NCBI GenBank assembly: GCA_964016885.1 | Contig: OZ024748.1 | Location: 25,544,001 to 25,608,000, forward strand | From: Eledone cirrhosa | Lineage: Eukaryota | DNA: 64,000 bases | Direction: 5' to 3' | In this document: in pieces, positions 25,186 through 37,200 of the stretch | How positions within the stretch are numbered: the stretch's first letter is position 1 | How the letters are laid out: each line of letters opens with the position of its first letter | Translations under genes and position numbers: made by a program | Notes under the pieces: generated by a model | Database searches by the model: none | Seen by the model: the letters and a program-made list of their open reading frames with translations, nothing else | Told to the model about the DNA's origin: nothing

Positions 25186-25430
25186 TCAGATCCCCACAAC
25201 TTGGTGGATATATACCTCACATGTTCCTTGGTGGATATATATCTCCCATGTTCCATTCCTCAGATCCCCACAACTTGGTGGATATATACCTCCCATGTTC
25301 CATTCCTCAGATCCCCTCAACTTGGTGAATATATTCCCAACAAACCTAGCAGATCCCCTCAACTTGGTGGATATATTCCCAACAAACCTTACAGATCCCA
25401 TGAATTTGTTGGATATATTCCCGACAGGCC
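25186..25430. repeat. Degenerate short tandem repeat (CAGATCCCCWCAACTTGGTGGATATA units)
   Basis: Five to six diverged units visible. Confidence 0.75.
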
Positions 25431-26474
25431 TAAACAAGCCATGTTTACTCCACTTATCGAACACATACATTTCGACAGTTATCTTAACTCCCCCTCCCCA
25501 TCCCTGATAATTGTGTATATCTGCTCTAGAATAGATACACATCATTGTGTAGCCTCTGAGGTCAGCTAAACCTAGGTGTGTGCTGTAACAACATGATAGG
25601 ACTAAAGCACATATTACAACATCCAAGAGACCTCCTATGAGGTACAACTTCGTAGGAGACCGACTAAACCTGTATAGGTTTGAAATGTACATTTCATTTT
25701 TTCTCATTTGATATACGATTATTGCCGAATTTCGTTTTTCACTTTCATGATACTCCAAATGAAAGATTACTTGTAGCAGATATTTTGTGGAAGTTCCCTG
25801 CAACAAATTCCAACTAAAATCCTTCCTAAATTGAGTGCAACTCGTCTTCTATAGAACTAATGAGCAGTCGCGAGGCGAGACTCCATGACGTGGTGGACAA
25901 ATCGTTACAGAATGAATTAGTGTTTTAGATAAACTTATTTAGGTATTTCGTGGGTAACGGGTGGTTGGATGGTTAGATAAAGACTGGTGACAGAACAATA
26001 TAGTTATATTTATTTAGTATAGTGTGGTGTGTCCAATATGGGTAGAACAAAGAGACAGCCAGCGACTCAACAAGATAGCCTCTAGCCGATCGTTCGGTCA
26101 GCTAGAAACAGTAGCCAAATCTCTTTCAAATCACACCGTAATAGATCATGTGGTAGTGGCTGCATTGTGTCTATGAAAACTGGAATACTTTTAATTACTG
26201 GTCTGCTCGTACAGGACAAGATACAATGTGTTAACATATGGATGTCGTAAGATAAGAAAAGTCCTCTTTTTTATTCTATTATAATTCCATTAACATCTAG
26301 GATGCATTTTAGAGACCTACATGACTGGTACTTTAGTTTATCACACACACCTCAGAAGGATGAAACGTAAATTCCACCATGCCGGGAATTGAACTCAGAA
26401 CGATAAGTGCTGTAACTAAAAGCCACTCTTACGATTCATTGGCCGAATCAAAATAAACGTGCAAGACAGCTTAC

Positions 26475-26586
26475 CTTCCCTTCCGGTATGAACAACATTA
26501 ATATCTTTGTTAGAAAGTTTTGCTGCGATTAATAGTTTCAGAGTTTGTAGATTATTGGCATCTGTATGAATAGTAGGATAAACCAT
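26475..26586 (-). CDS. MARS1: Methionyl-tRNA synthetase coding exon 1 (MVYPTIHTDANNLQTLKLLIAAK...; GST-like N-terminal domain)
   Basis: ATG at 26586 and GT donor at 26474. 112 nt, phase 1, joins exon 2 in frame. Confidence 0.85.
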
Positions 26587-26844
26587 GTTGAAATCTATTT
26601 CAACAATTCTATAGCGAAGGGAGATAATTCTGGTTAACACTCTCACTGCAAAGGTAATGACGAAATCACATGAAGTTTCTACATAGCCATTTGACCTGCT
26701 AGAAAAAGCAACCAAAAAAGGCTGGTCACTGTAATATTGATATGGGAGTAAAACAACAATATTTTATTGCTTTATAGGCTGAAGTTAATTCCAAATAGAT
26801 TGTTTTGTTCTATAGAAAGTGGGATTCGAAATGTTGGCATTACC

Positions 26845-27273
26845 ATGCTATTAGCTGTCAGAAGTGAAAGTTTCGTCAACCTTCTCAATCGTAAACATCG
26901 TTTATTTCCGTATTACCACGCGTTATTTTAATAAAGCATATCGATGTAAGTGGAGTTACTTAAATGAAAATATAGGTGGCCCTTAAAAGGGCAAAATTAG
27001 AAAACAAGTCATGGTTATCAAATAAATTGGATTTAATCATTTATATTTTCATAGTCATGGTTATCAATTTCATGTATAGGGTTGGTGAAAAAAATTTGAT
27101 AACCATATATTTGTTTTCTAATTTTGCCCTTTTAAGGGCCACCTATATTTTCATTTAAGTAACTCCACTTACATCGATATGCTTTATTAAAATAACGCGT
27201 GGTAATACGGAAATAAACGATGTTTACGATTGAGAAGGTTGACGAAACTTTCACTTCTGACAGCTAATAGCAT
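26845..27273. repeat. Near-perfect inverted repeat (about 180-bp arms, about 70-bp spacer) upstream of MARS1
   Basis: 26845-27023 is the reverse complement of 27094-27273, with mismatches only near the inner ends. Confidence 0.95.
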
Positions 27274-28092
27274 ATGGTAGTGCCCAATTTTTATGTTAAA
27301 GAGGTTCACAAACTTGTTATATCTATTTATTCATTTTTATTTTACTATGCCTTTCCTAGCCAGCAAAGGTATCTCTATCTACTAGAAATAACACCAAAAT
27401 CTCCCTTCAATCACACCTTTCACTTTTAAAGAAGGATGCTTTGGACAATATATTCCTTGGTTAAACACTTTTGATAATAGATCAGCGCTATGATAGTTTT
27501 AGGTCGCTCGCTATACATCGACTTCTAAGTTGTTTCGTTCGACAAAACAAGGAACAACTTAATTCATACATGATAATTTAAAAAAATATTATGCTTATCT
27601 CAAAACTAATTATCTCCATCGATGAAAATTACACACTATAAGAAATTGTATTATTTCTGTGTTTATTAATGTTGTGGACTTGGCTGCTGAGAGGATGTGC
27701 TTAACTAATCAGCTACCTCGTATAATGACCTGATAAATTAACTGACTAATCAAGATTGATGTATTAAGTGGTTGAAGGAAACCAAAATATCGTCTGCATT
27801 ATATCTTTTGTTATCTATATATAAATTTGAGCGACTTCCGTCCGTCATACAATGTGTGTGTTTGTGTGAATGTATGTCTGCGAGTGTGTAATTTTGTAAG
27901 TGTGTCTGTGTTTGCTTATTTGTATTTATAAACTCATACATATAAATGTATACATCACCGTTTTGAAAATAACCCTAGTATTTTACAATGTGTAATCTCT
28001 ATCCATGTCACATTTGGAATGCAAAGCATATTCTCACTGAATTAAATAACTTACACATACACACACACACATGTATATATATATATATATAT

Positions 28093-28427
28093 ATGAATGT
28101 ATGTATAGTGTATTTGGCAATATACTATATGTTTAATTAAAAACATTTAGAAGACCATACGCTATTAGTTTTAAAGTGACTATGTCACTTACTTATATTT
28201 TCGGAAAAAGCTGGGAGAATGGCTGACAGCTGTTTCTCGTTGCTTGGCGTTTATCAAAACCACGAACTTGTGGCTTTGATAAACAGCTGTCGGCCATTCT
28301 CCCAGCTTTTGCCGAAAATATAAGTGAGTGACATAGTCACTACTTTTAAACTAATAGCGAATGGTCTTCTAAATATTTTTAATTAAACATACGGTATATT
28401 ACCAAATATACTATACATACATTCATG
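28093..28427. repeat. Fold-back repeat with a decayed hammerhead-like core (PLE-terminus-like)
   Basis: Arms of about 140 bp. Minus strand reads TTGATAA...GAAACAGCTGTC. Confidence 0.75.
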
Positions 28428-28473
28428 TATACATCGCTATTTCAGAGCATCAATACTAATACCATATATATAT

Positions 28474-28700
28474 ATATTGTTATACTTTGGGAGGGTCATG
28501 TTGCCAATAAAAACACACACACCTGTTGGTTTTCACGTCAATTTATTATAACCTGAAATTTATAATAAATTGAAGTGAAAACTAACAGGTGTGTGTGTTT
28601 TTATTGACAACATGACCCTCCCAAAGTATAACAATATCTGTTTCAACACACGTTTTCAGATAAGAAATCTCGCAATAGAAATTCAAAAACGAAATATATA
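28474..28700. mobile_element. Inverted pair of Penelope pseudo-LTR fragments
   Basis: Homologous to 46020-46152, arranged as a palindrome centred near 28553. Confidence 0.8.
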
Positions 28701-28912
28701 TGGGTAAAGAAGTGCCAAGAAATTCCAGTAGAAGGAAGACTCAGTAGAGGAAGACCACGAAAAACATGAGCGGAGGTGGTGAGAGCAGACCTCAGATCGC
28801 TGAAGCTCACGGAGGAGATGACGAAGGACTGTAACAAGTGGAGAGATGCTGTGCTGATTAGGACCTGTTCCACCCTTGCAAGCAGGGAAAAGCGGACGTA
28901 AAATGATGATGA
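28700..28912 (+). mobile_element. RTE family B 3' end
   Basis: Matches 4772-4976. Confidence 0.85.
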
Positions 28913-29587
28913 TATAATAATAATAATAATAATTTTTAAAAAGCAGTTATTTTAGACCATCCCAATTTATTTTATTATACATATTTCGAAGATACAAGGC
29001 TTATGTATAACATAAGCCAAAACATGTTCTCTTCAGATAAAATCCACAGGAGATGTAGAAATTATTTGATATGCAGACGGTCAGATGAGCTATTCGGATC
29101 AGTGGCCAACAAGCATATGCTTAGAAAAAACAACCTCAGCACAGAAGATATTATATGGGTGGGGGAAATATTACAGTTTGTATTGACGTTTTTGAACTGG
29201 CAAGAATATGATGTTACCGGATTGGTGAAAAAAATCAAAACAAAAACAAATATTGACTGTTAGTCTATTTATTTATAACTTATATTAAATTAAATTAGAT
29301 ACTATACAAAAAAATATATTCGAAGATGCTAAAGTAATAATTGTTTCTACTTTTGGCACAAGGCCAGCAATTGCCTACATTACTGGTACTTTATTTTATC
29401 GACCCAGTAAGGATGAAAGGCAAAGATTTGGACTCAGAATGGCAAGGGTCATAACTCTATGCTGGAAAGCATGGTGTCCGACCCTCTACCGATACTGCCA
29501 AACTATATAATAAAGAAAAATGTTTAAATTACTAATTTCATAGACAATTTATCTTAGTTTATTTATACAATTTAATTTAATAGATAT

Positions 29588-29654
<67 letters not shown>

Positions 29655-30917
29655 TTAGCGCTACACAGTAATACGGAAGACCCGCCTTGCCTAAGTACAA
29701 AGCGAAACCTACAGTCAGTAGACACCTCTAACAAAAATACACCCCCGCCCCACCACCCACACCACCCCTTTCGATGTAAAGTTATGTTGGTACCACAACA
29801 TCCAGTCCGAAATAAATAAGGTTGTGTAGGTGTCACGAAAAAAAAACACAGTCCACGCTGTAATGTGGCCGTGTAGGTAACACGGTAAAAACCTCCCAGT
29901 CCACACTAAATGTGGTTGGTGTTAGGAAGGGCATCCAGCCGTAGAAAACCCGCCAGACAGTCCTATACGAGCAAGACAACCAACCTGGCCTCAAGTGGGA
30001 AAACTCCTGTCCAAACCCATGCAAGCGTGGAAGATGGACGTTAAACGATGATGATGATGATATATATATATATATCATCATCATCATCACCATTTTATGT
30101 CCATTTTTCCACACTCGCCTGGGTTAGACATGTTATCTTGTGGGCAATGCTAGGTGACCATGTCTTGCTCATACAGAGCTGATTTTGGCTTGATTTCGAA
30201 AGCTGGATGCCCTTCCTAGCACCAACCTCATTTACAGTGAGTACTATTTTTTTTTTTTGTTGTGACACCTACACGACCACTTTACAGTGTGGTCTGGGAG
30301 CTTCACTGGATGTATACTTTGGCCTGTCCTCATGGGAGATGTATGGGAGGATGGGGTGTGATGGAGTGGTGCATACTGTATATATGATTCAGCTTCGGGC
30401 TGTGCCCATGGAAAGTCGGGTCTTCTGTATTACTGCGTAATGCCAGAGATCTCGGACCTGTGTCATTACCTTTGAAAGGTGCAATTGGGCAAGGTTGGCT
30501 TCTATCACCTCATCCCAAGTCTTCCTGGGTCTCCCCACTCGAAGGCTTCCATCGACTTTGAGAGCTCTGCACCTTTTTATTCAGCTGATATAATTCATAT
30601 GCATCACATGTCCATACCAATGTAATCTCTCCTGCACACAGCATTTGATTCCTCTTATGCCTAGTTTCTCTCTCAGTTCATTTATGCTTTGCCGTTCACG
30701 TATATTACTATTACACATCCATCGGAGCATGCAAGCTTCGTTTCTTTCCAATCTACGCAAGTCTTCTGCACACAGCATCCAGGTCTCACTACTGTGCAAC
30801 ATTGCTGTTCGTGTGCACACATCATACATCCTGCCTTTCATTCTGAGGGAAAAACCTTTTGTAGCCAGCAGTGATAGTAGCTCCCTGAACTTCTTCCATC
30901 TCGTTCTTACTCTGGCT
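29655..30917. mobile_element. Tail-to-tail RTE fragments: family-A 3'UTR (+, 29655-30060) and an RTE 3' fragment (-, 30075-30917)
   Basis: The (TGA)n and (TCA)n tails face each other across a TA spacer. ORF 30581-30841 is an RTE C-terminus. Confidence 0.85.
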
Positions 30918-31044
30918 ACATATATATATATATATATATGTATGCATTATATACACATATATATTTATATATTTATTATTAGCACAAATTGAAAGTTTAA
31001 ACAAAGAGTTTCTGGAATTTTGTCTTTTTATTTATTATTACTAC

Positions 31045-31080
<36 letters not shown>

Positions 31081-31092
31081 CATACATATATG

Positions 31093-31775
31093 TCATCATC
31101 AATTTTTAACGTTCATTTTTCCTGCTAGCAAGCGTTAGATAGGTTGTACCATTTGAGACAAGTTGGGTCTTGCTCTCACACAATTGTTTCTGGCTTTGTT
31201 TCTATGGCTGGATGCCCTTCCTAACACCAACCACATTTTCAGTGTGGCCTGGGTACTTTTTGTCCTGACAGCTACACGACCACTTTACAGTGTGGGCTGG
31301 GTGCTTTTTGTCATTACACCTACACAACCACTTTAAAGTGTGGGCTGGATGTTTTATGTTGTGATACTAACTCAACCACTTTACAGCATAAGGGTGATGT
31401 GAACAGAAGTGGGTGGGTGTTGGGGCATAGGAAGTGTATGGAAGGTGGGTATAGTGGTTAAGAGGTGCCTACTAGATGTATGTTTCAGTCCGTGCACATG
31501 GGAAGGCAGGTCTTCTGTATTACTACATAACGCCAAAGATCTCGATCCTGTGTCATTGTCTTTGAGAGGTGTAATTGTGCAAATCAGCTTTTATCACCTC
31601 ATTCCAGCTCTCCCTACTCTATACCTTCCATCAACTTTGATCGCCCTGCACCTTTTTAAACAGCTGTCATCCTTCATACACATCACATGACTATACCAAC
31701 ACAATCTCCTTTCTAGCACACTGCATCTGATCCCTCTTATGCCCAATTTCTTTCATTTACGCTGTGTATTATTAC
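31093..31775 (-). mobile_element. Decayed RTE 3' fragment with 3'UTR
   Basis: Homologous to 18320-19060. Confidence 0.75.
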
Positions 31776-31787
31776 TATTACATATAT

Positions 31788-33160
31788 ATACTGTCAGAAG
31801 TATTCGGCTTTGCTTGGGTTATAGGAAATAATGAAATTTCATAAAAAACCCTTTTCTATGGTATATTTGAAAGTTCTAATATAGATGTTTCTTGTATGTA
31901 ACATATCTTTTAGTTGCAATATGATTTCATACTTTGATACGTTATTCCTTTCATATCTTGTCTGTGCTTGGGTTTTCATATCACTGATGAAATACAGTTG
32001 TAAATATTTGGTTTTTCTCCTGAAAGTAGCTGAAGTGGTCCAATTCTGTGGTACACTTGACCTTGGATCTTGAAAGTGGACATAGAGCCACCTTCATGTA
32101 TGACATTTGTACCAAATGATATCACTTGGAATACCTTATTGTACTTCTGAATATTTTGAAGAAAGTGTTTTGATTCAGTAGTTGTACCAATCAGCAGTCC
32201 CCTCAAGTTTTCTGGCAGTTCAGGTAATAGTTTAAACTTAATCTTTCCATTTAAACAGCACAATCCAGTTGACTCACCATTCCATTTTTTAGCACCACAA
32301 TTTAGATTAATTTTGTTAATTGAAGAAATTTGAATTAAAGGTTCTGAGGCATAGTATTGATGTGGATTGTAACTAAAAGCAGCAAAGTTCCACTCAGCAA
32401 CCTTTTTAAATCCCAAATCTTCTGTTCTTGCTCTCTGTACACATGGCCTTTGTATATATGCCACCTTTGAGCTGCTCCATTTCTCTCCATTTGCTGTCTG
32501 AATGATTTTCGTACATCTGGTTCCTCTTGACAAATAGTTGCTTCCATTGTCCTATCGTCAGCAAGCCTTTGTTCCTGATTCATCATCCTGTCTATTCTGT
32601 GCACTTCTTATTCTTTGTTGTTGAAGCCTTGCTGATCTTTGTACTTCTGATTCATCCTCTAAATTTTGTGCTGTAGTTTTGTACATTTAATTCCTCTTGA
32701 GGAAAAGTTGCTTTCCTTGTCCTATCTTCAGCAAGCCTTTTTGATCTTTCTTCTGATTCATTTTTTTCTTTATTTTGGTGGTGTTTTTCTTTGTTTTGGG
32801 AGTTTTTCTTGTTGCTACTCTTCACATGCATTCTCCCTTTGTAACTGCTTTGCCATAGCTATATGAGACTTTCTTCTAAATGCAGGTCTATTCTTCAGGG
32901 GCATTTTTAGTTTGCAACTTCCAATGTCACCATTATTTATCTAAACTTTTTAATTTTTCTGTTAATGATGGATCTAAGTCAAGTCAAATGTCATTGAATG
33001 AGGACTCACTGCATTAACTTTCAGTGATTTTATGGAAACAACCAAAAACTAACATAAATGAATATGCAAAATAATATTACAGGTTTTAAAAGTGTTATTT
33101 TTAGAAGTGTTTCCATAAATCAAATAAAGAACCCAAAATTTAATAAAAGGCTTATATACA
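31788..33160 (-). mobile_element. Internally deleted Helitron (RepHel N-terminal remnant)
   Basis: CGAKKW.GES.GLCC.NGKI and F..NI.KYN..F...SFG...TFKIQGQVYHRIG motifs. A degenerate 3' hairpin/CTRR-like end sits near 31790-31815. Confidence 0.85.
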
Positions 33161-33289
33161 CACATATACATATGGAGCTATATAAGAAAATGTGGCATAT
33201 ATATATACACAGATGGGAAAGATAAGAAGATAGTGGTAAGAAATGGAGCTATATAAGAAAATGTGGCATATATATATATATATACACAC

Positions 33290-33620
33290 ATGGAGGCACA
33301 TGGCTTAGTGGCCTTGCAAACGAAAGGTTGTGAGTTCAATTCTCAGACCGGGTGATGTGTTGTTTCCTTGGGCAAGACACTTTATTTCACATTGCTCCAG
33401 TTTACTCAGCTGTAGAAATGAGATGATAGGGACAGGGGTCCCTATCATTCCACTGCAAAGTGGTCGTGGAGGTGCCATGGCAAAAAAGCACCCAGCACTC
33501 ACTGTAAATGAGGTTGGTGTTAGGAAGGGCATCCAGCTGTAGAAATTAAGCCAGCATCAGTTCCCGTCCCACCCTTGCAAGCAGGGAAAAAGCGGACGTA
33601 AAATGAAATGATGATGATGA
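33290..33620 (+). mobile_element. tRNA-derived SINE inserted in a short local tandem duplication
   Basis: Same family as 9608-9946. Flanks at 33170-33285 and 33620-33735 repeat each other. Confidence 0.88.
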
Positions 33621-34591
33621 CAGATGGGAAAGATAAAAAGAAGATAGTGGTAAGAAATGGAGCTATATAAGAAAATGTGGCATATATATATATATATACA
33701 CAGATGGGAAAGATAAGAAGATAGTGGTAAGAAACTCTCAGGAGGGCTGGACAGCAGAACATTTTCACAGAAAAAACTCCACTGTTGGGGCCCTTAACTT
33801 CTGACACTCTAAGGCAGTCAGGATATATCTTGGGTACCCTTCAGCTGACATTTAGCCATATGGATATCGGGGATATATTTACCACATGAAGATTTTGTGA
33901 CAGGAATTCCTCTCTATTGCCTCTGCTTTCAAACTTATATCTAGAAGTTTTCTTGAGTTTGGAAAAATAACGTTGGTAGTCATGGTAACGGTGAGACGTC
34001 AACAGTGTCACTACCGCTGCCAACTACAAAGATGACTTACTTCCCTTAGTAAGCCTCAAAATACAAACACAATGCCCTCAAACTGTATGGAGGTATTTTT
34101 TGTTCACAGGCTAAACATGAAGAGGAAGGAGCAGATTTTAATATTAAAGCAGGCTTTATGTTGATTGAACACATGCCACTCACTTGTTTTAGTTGTACCT
34201 CCTTTCATGCAGGAGTGAGGCGATGTTCAATACTGAAGCAAGTGTGTGTTTGTTGCTTTAGTGTCGGCTACTCAGTTGAATGCGTATCACTCACTTTCTT
34301 CCCTTTCTTTATCTCTGTTTCTTTCTCCTCATTCATGCATTGTTAACTAACTTGCTTAGTTCCATCTTTGGTATTCAGTGCTCTATTTGATTTTACGTAT
34401 GCTGGCTTTCTCTTCAATTCTCACTTCTTCATTCTCTCTATTTTCCATCAGATTCCATTGTAGTGACGACCACCTTTACCACAGATAGACGAACAGACAA
34501 ATAAACAAACAAATGAATATAGATCCAAGTGTCAGGAAAACCTATTCCTGAGACTAAGAAATCCACAAATATGTATGTATTGAGTGCACAA

Positions 34592-34935
34592 ATGTGGCTG
34601 AATGGATAAGAGGTTTGCTTCACAATCATTGGGTCCCATGTTTAATCTCACCATGTGGCATCTTGTGCAAATGTAATTTACCATAGCTTCAGGATGACCT
34701 ATGTCTTGGCAGTGAAATTGAGTAGATGGAAACAGTTTGGAAGCCCATTAGATGGACTGCACCTGACCTGTAATTCAAAGAACCAGTCTTCCCACCCAAT
34801 GTCATGCTGAATCTCTGAGGATTATGTTAATGGTACATGCGCCTGTAGAATGCTCAGTCACTTTTTCATGAGCAGGCTGTTTCATTGATTGACCAACAGG
34901 AACACACATAGTTGAACCGATGGAGGTCAATCATC
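34592..34935 (+). mobile_element. Old tRNA-derived SINE; related remnant at about 8755-8880
   Basis: GTGGCTGAATGG A-box-like head. TTG...GATGGAAAC...GGAAGCCC core shared with 8845-8875. Confidence 0.55.
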
Positions 34936-35589
34936 ATATTCCAGTGACTGGCATAACTGTACATGGTCTGTTACATGGACAAAAGAGATTCTTGAGGGAA
35001 GGAATATTACTAAAGCTTCAACTTAGGAAGCAGTTCATACCATTTATTCAGGCAGTAAGTAAATAAATTCTGTGAGGAATTTAGTGTCCTTTTACATGTC
35101 TCAGTCCACATTGCTTCATCACAATTGTCAAAATTAATCATCACGTTCAGTATTTCATGCTCCCAGGGAACTTGGTGGGTGCTTATCATCTGCTCCTCGT
35201 TGCCAGATGTGAAGAAAATCAATTGAAAACTTGCAACAAAAGTGAATATAATGAAAATAAAACTAAAGAACATATATAGCTTTAGTTAGGAATTAAATAA
35301 GACTAATTAAATATGACTACTGCCTTTTGTTTTCATTTACTTTCACTGGTCTCTTGACATGCTGGGAATGAAGAAATTGTTTCACTTAAGAAATGACTAA
35401 CTCTTTTCTTGTAGGAGGCAAACACTCCAAAATAAACACGAGAGAGAGAGAGTGTGTGCGTGTAATACACTATGGACATGTATGTGTGCAATACAGCATA
35501 GAATATGTATGTAAGAGTGTGGGAATATGTGTGATACAGTGTAGATGTGTGTAATATAGCATGGATGAATGTGTGTGTGTGTAATATAG

Positions 35590-37200
35590 TGTAGAAGTAA
35601 CACAGCATGGAAATGTGTGTGTGTGTAACATATTGTGGAAGTGTGTGTGTGTGTAACATATTGTGGAAGTGTGTGTGTGTGTAACATATTGAGGAAGTGT
35701 GTGTGTGTGTAACATATTGTGGAAGTGTGTGTGTGTGTAACATATTGAGAAAGTGTGTGTGTGTAACATATTGTGGAAGTGTGTGTGTGTAATATATTGT
35801 GGAAGTGTGTGTGTGTAACATATTGAGGAAGTGTTTGTGTGTAACATATTGTGGAAGTGTGTCATCATCATCATCATCATCATCAACGTTTAACGTCCGT
35901 GTTCCACGCTTGCATGGGTTTGGACGGGGGTAGTCCCACTTGAGGCAAGAGTGATTGTCTTGCTCGCATAGGACTGTCTGGCAGGTTTTCTACAGTTGGA
36001 TGCCCTTCCTAACACCAACCACATTTACAGTGTGGGTCTGGGAGGTTTTTACCGTGTTGCCTACACGGCCACATTACAGCGTGGACTGTGTGTTTTTTTG
36101 TCGTGACACCTACACGATCTCATATGTTTCGGCCTCGATGGCGCGGCACCAACATAACTTTACATAGAACGGGGTGGTGTGGATGGGGTGGGGGTGGTGG
36201 CGGTGGGACGGGGTGTATTTTGTTAGAGATGCCTACTGGCTGGAGTAGGTTTTACTATATATTTAGGTAAGGCGGGTCTTCTCTGTTACTGAGTACCGCC
36301 AAAGGTCTCGGTCCAGTGACATTGTCTTGGAGAGGTGTAAATGTGTGATGTCGGAGTTTATCAGCTCGTCCCAGGTTTTTCTAGGTCTGCCTATTCCGTG
36401 ACTACCGTCTATCTTTATTGCCCTGCACTTTGTTATACAGCTATCGACTTTCATGCGCATCACGTGTCCATACCAACGTAGCCTTCTCTCGAGTAAACAA
36501 CATCTGATCCCTCTTATCTCTAATTTTTTCCTTAGTTCGTTTATGCTTTGCCGTTCACATATATTACTGTTACACATCCAGCGGAGCATGCAAGCTTCGT
36601 TCCTCTCTAGTCTGCGTATATCCTCTGCACACAATGCCCAGGTCTCACTGCCATGCAGCATTGCTGTTCGTATGCAGGCATCGTATAACCTGCCTTTCAT
36701 TTTTAGTGAGAACCCTTTAGCAGCTAATAGTGGTATAAGCTCTCTGAACTTTTTCCAACCAGTTCTGACTCTAGCTACAGTACTTTCAGAGCACCCTCCC
36801 CCACTGCTGATTTTATCGCCCAGGTAACGGAAGCTGTCCACTATTTCTATAGAACCCTCTGCGCAATTGAAAGAGCTAGTATTTTGTGGGCACTTGCTGC
36901 TACTTATTGCACCAGAGCACCGGCCACATGTAAAATCTATGTTCTTAGTTAGCTTACCTGTGATCCCACTACATCTTTTATGCACCCATACTTTGCATTT
37001 AGGACATAAAATGGAGTTTCTACCTACGCCTTGTGTGTGTGTGTGTAATATATTGTGGAAGTGTGTGTGTGTAACATATTGAGGAAGTGTGTGTGTGTGT
37101 AACATATTGTGGAAGTGTGTGTGTGTAACATATTGTGGAAGTGTGTGTGTGTAACATATTGAGGAAGTGTGTGTGTGTAACATATTGAGGAAATGTGTGT
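35590..37200. repeat. AAYATATTGWGGAA(GT)n minisatellite split by an RTE insertion
   Basis: Identical units at 35590-35862 and 37032-37200. Confidence 0.9.
35863..37031 (-). mobile_element. RTE LINE family A, 5'-truncated, open ORF end
   Basis: ORF 36263-37031 without stops (GVGRNSILC..C..WVH.RC ... EKTRLT), followed by a (TGA)n tail. Confidence 0.93.

Noticed and set aside
25107-25909. Possible solo LTR (TGTAAC...GTTACA) and ORF 25186-25806
   Set aside because: No target-site duplication, PBS or PPT seen. The ORF is partly tandem repeat and has no recognisable motif.
29003-29263. 86-aa plus-strand ORF divergent from MARS1
   Set aside because: No recognisable motif or convincing splice partners. 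Cannot be supported without a search.
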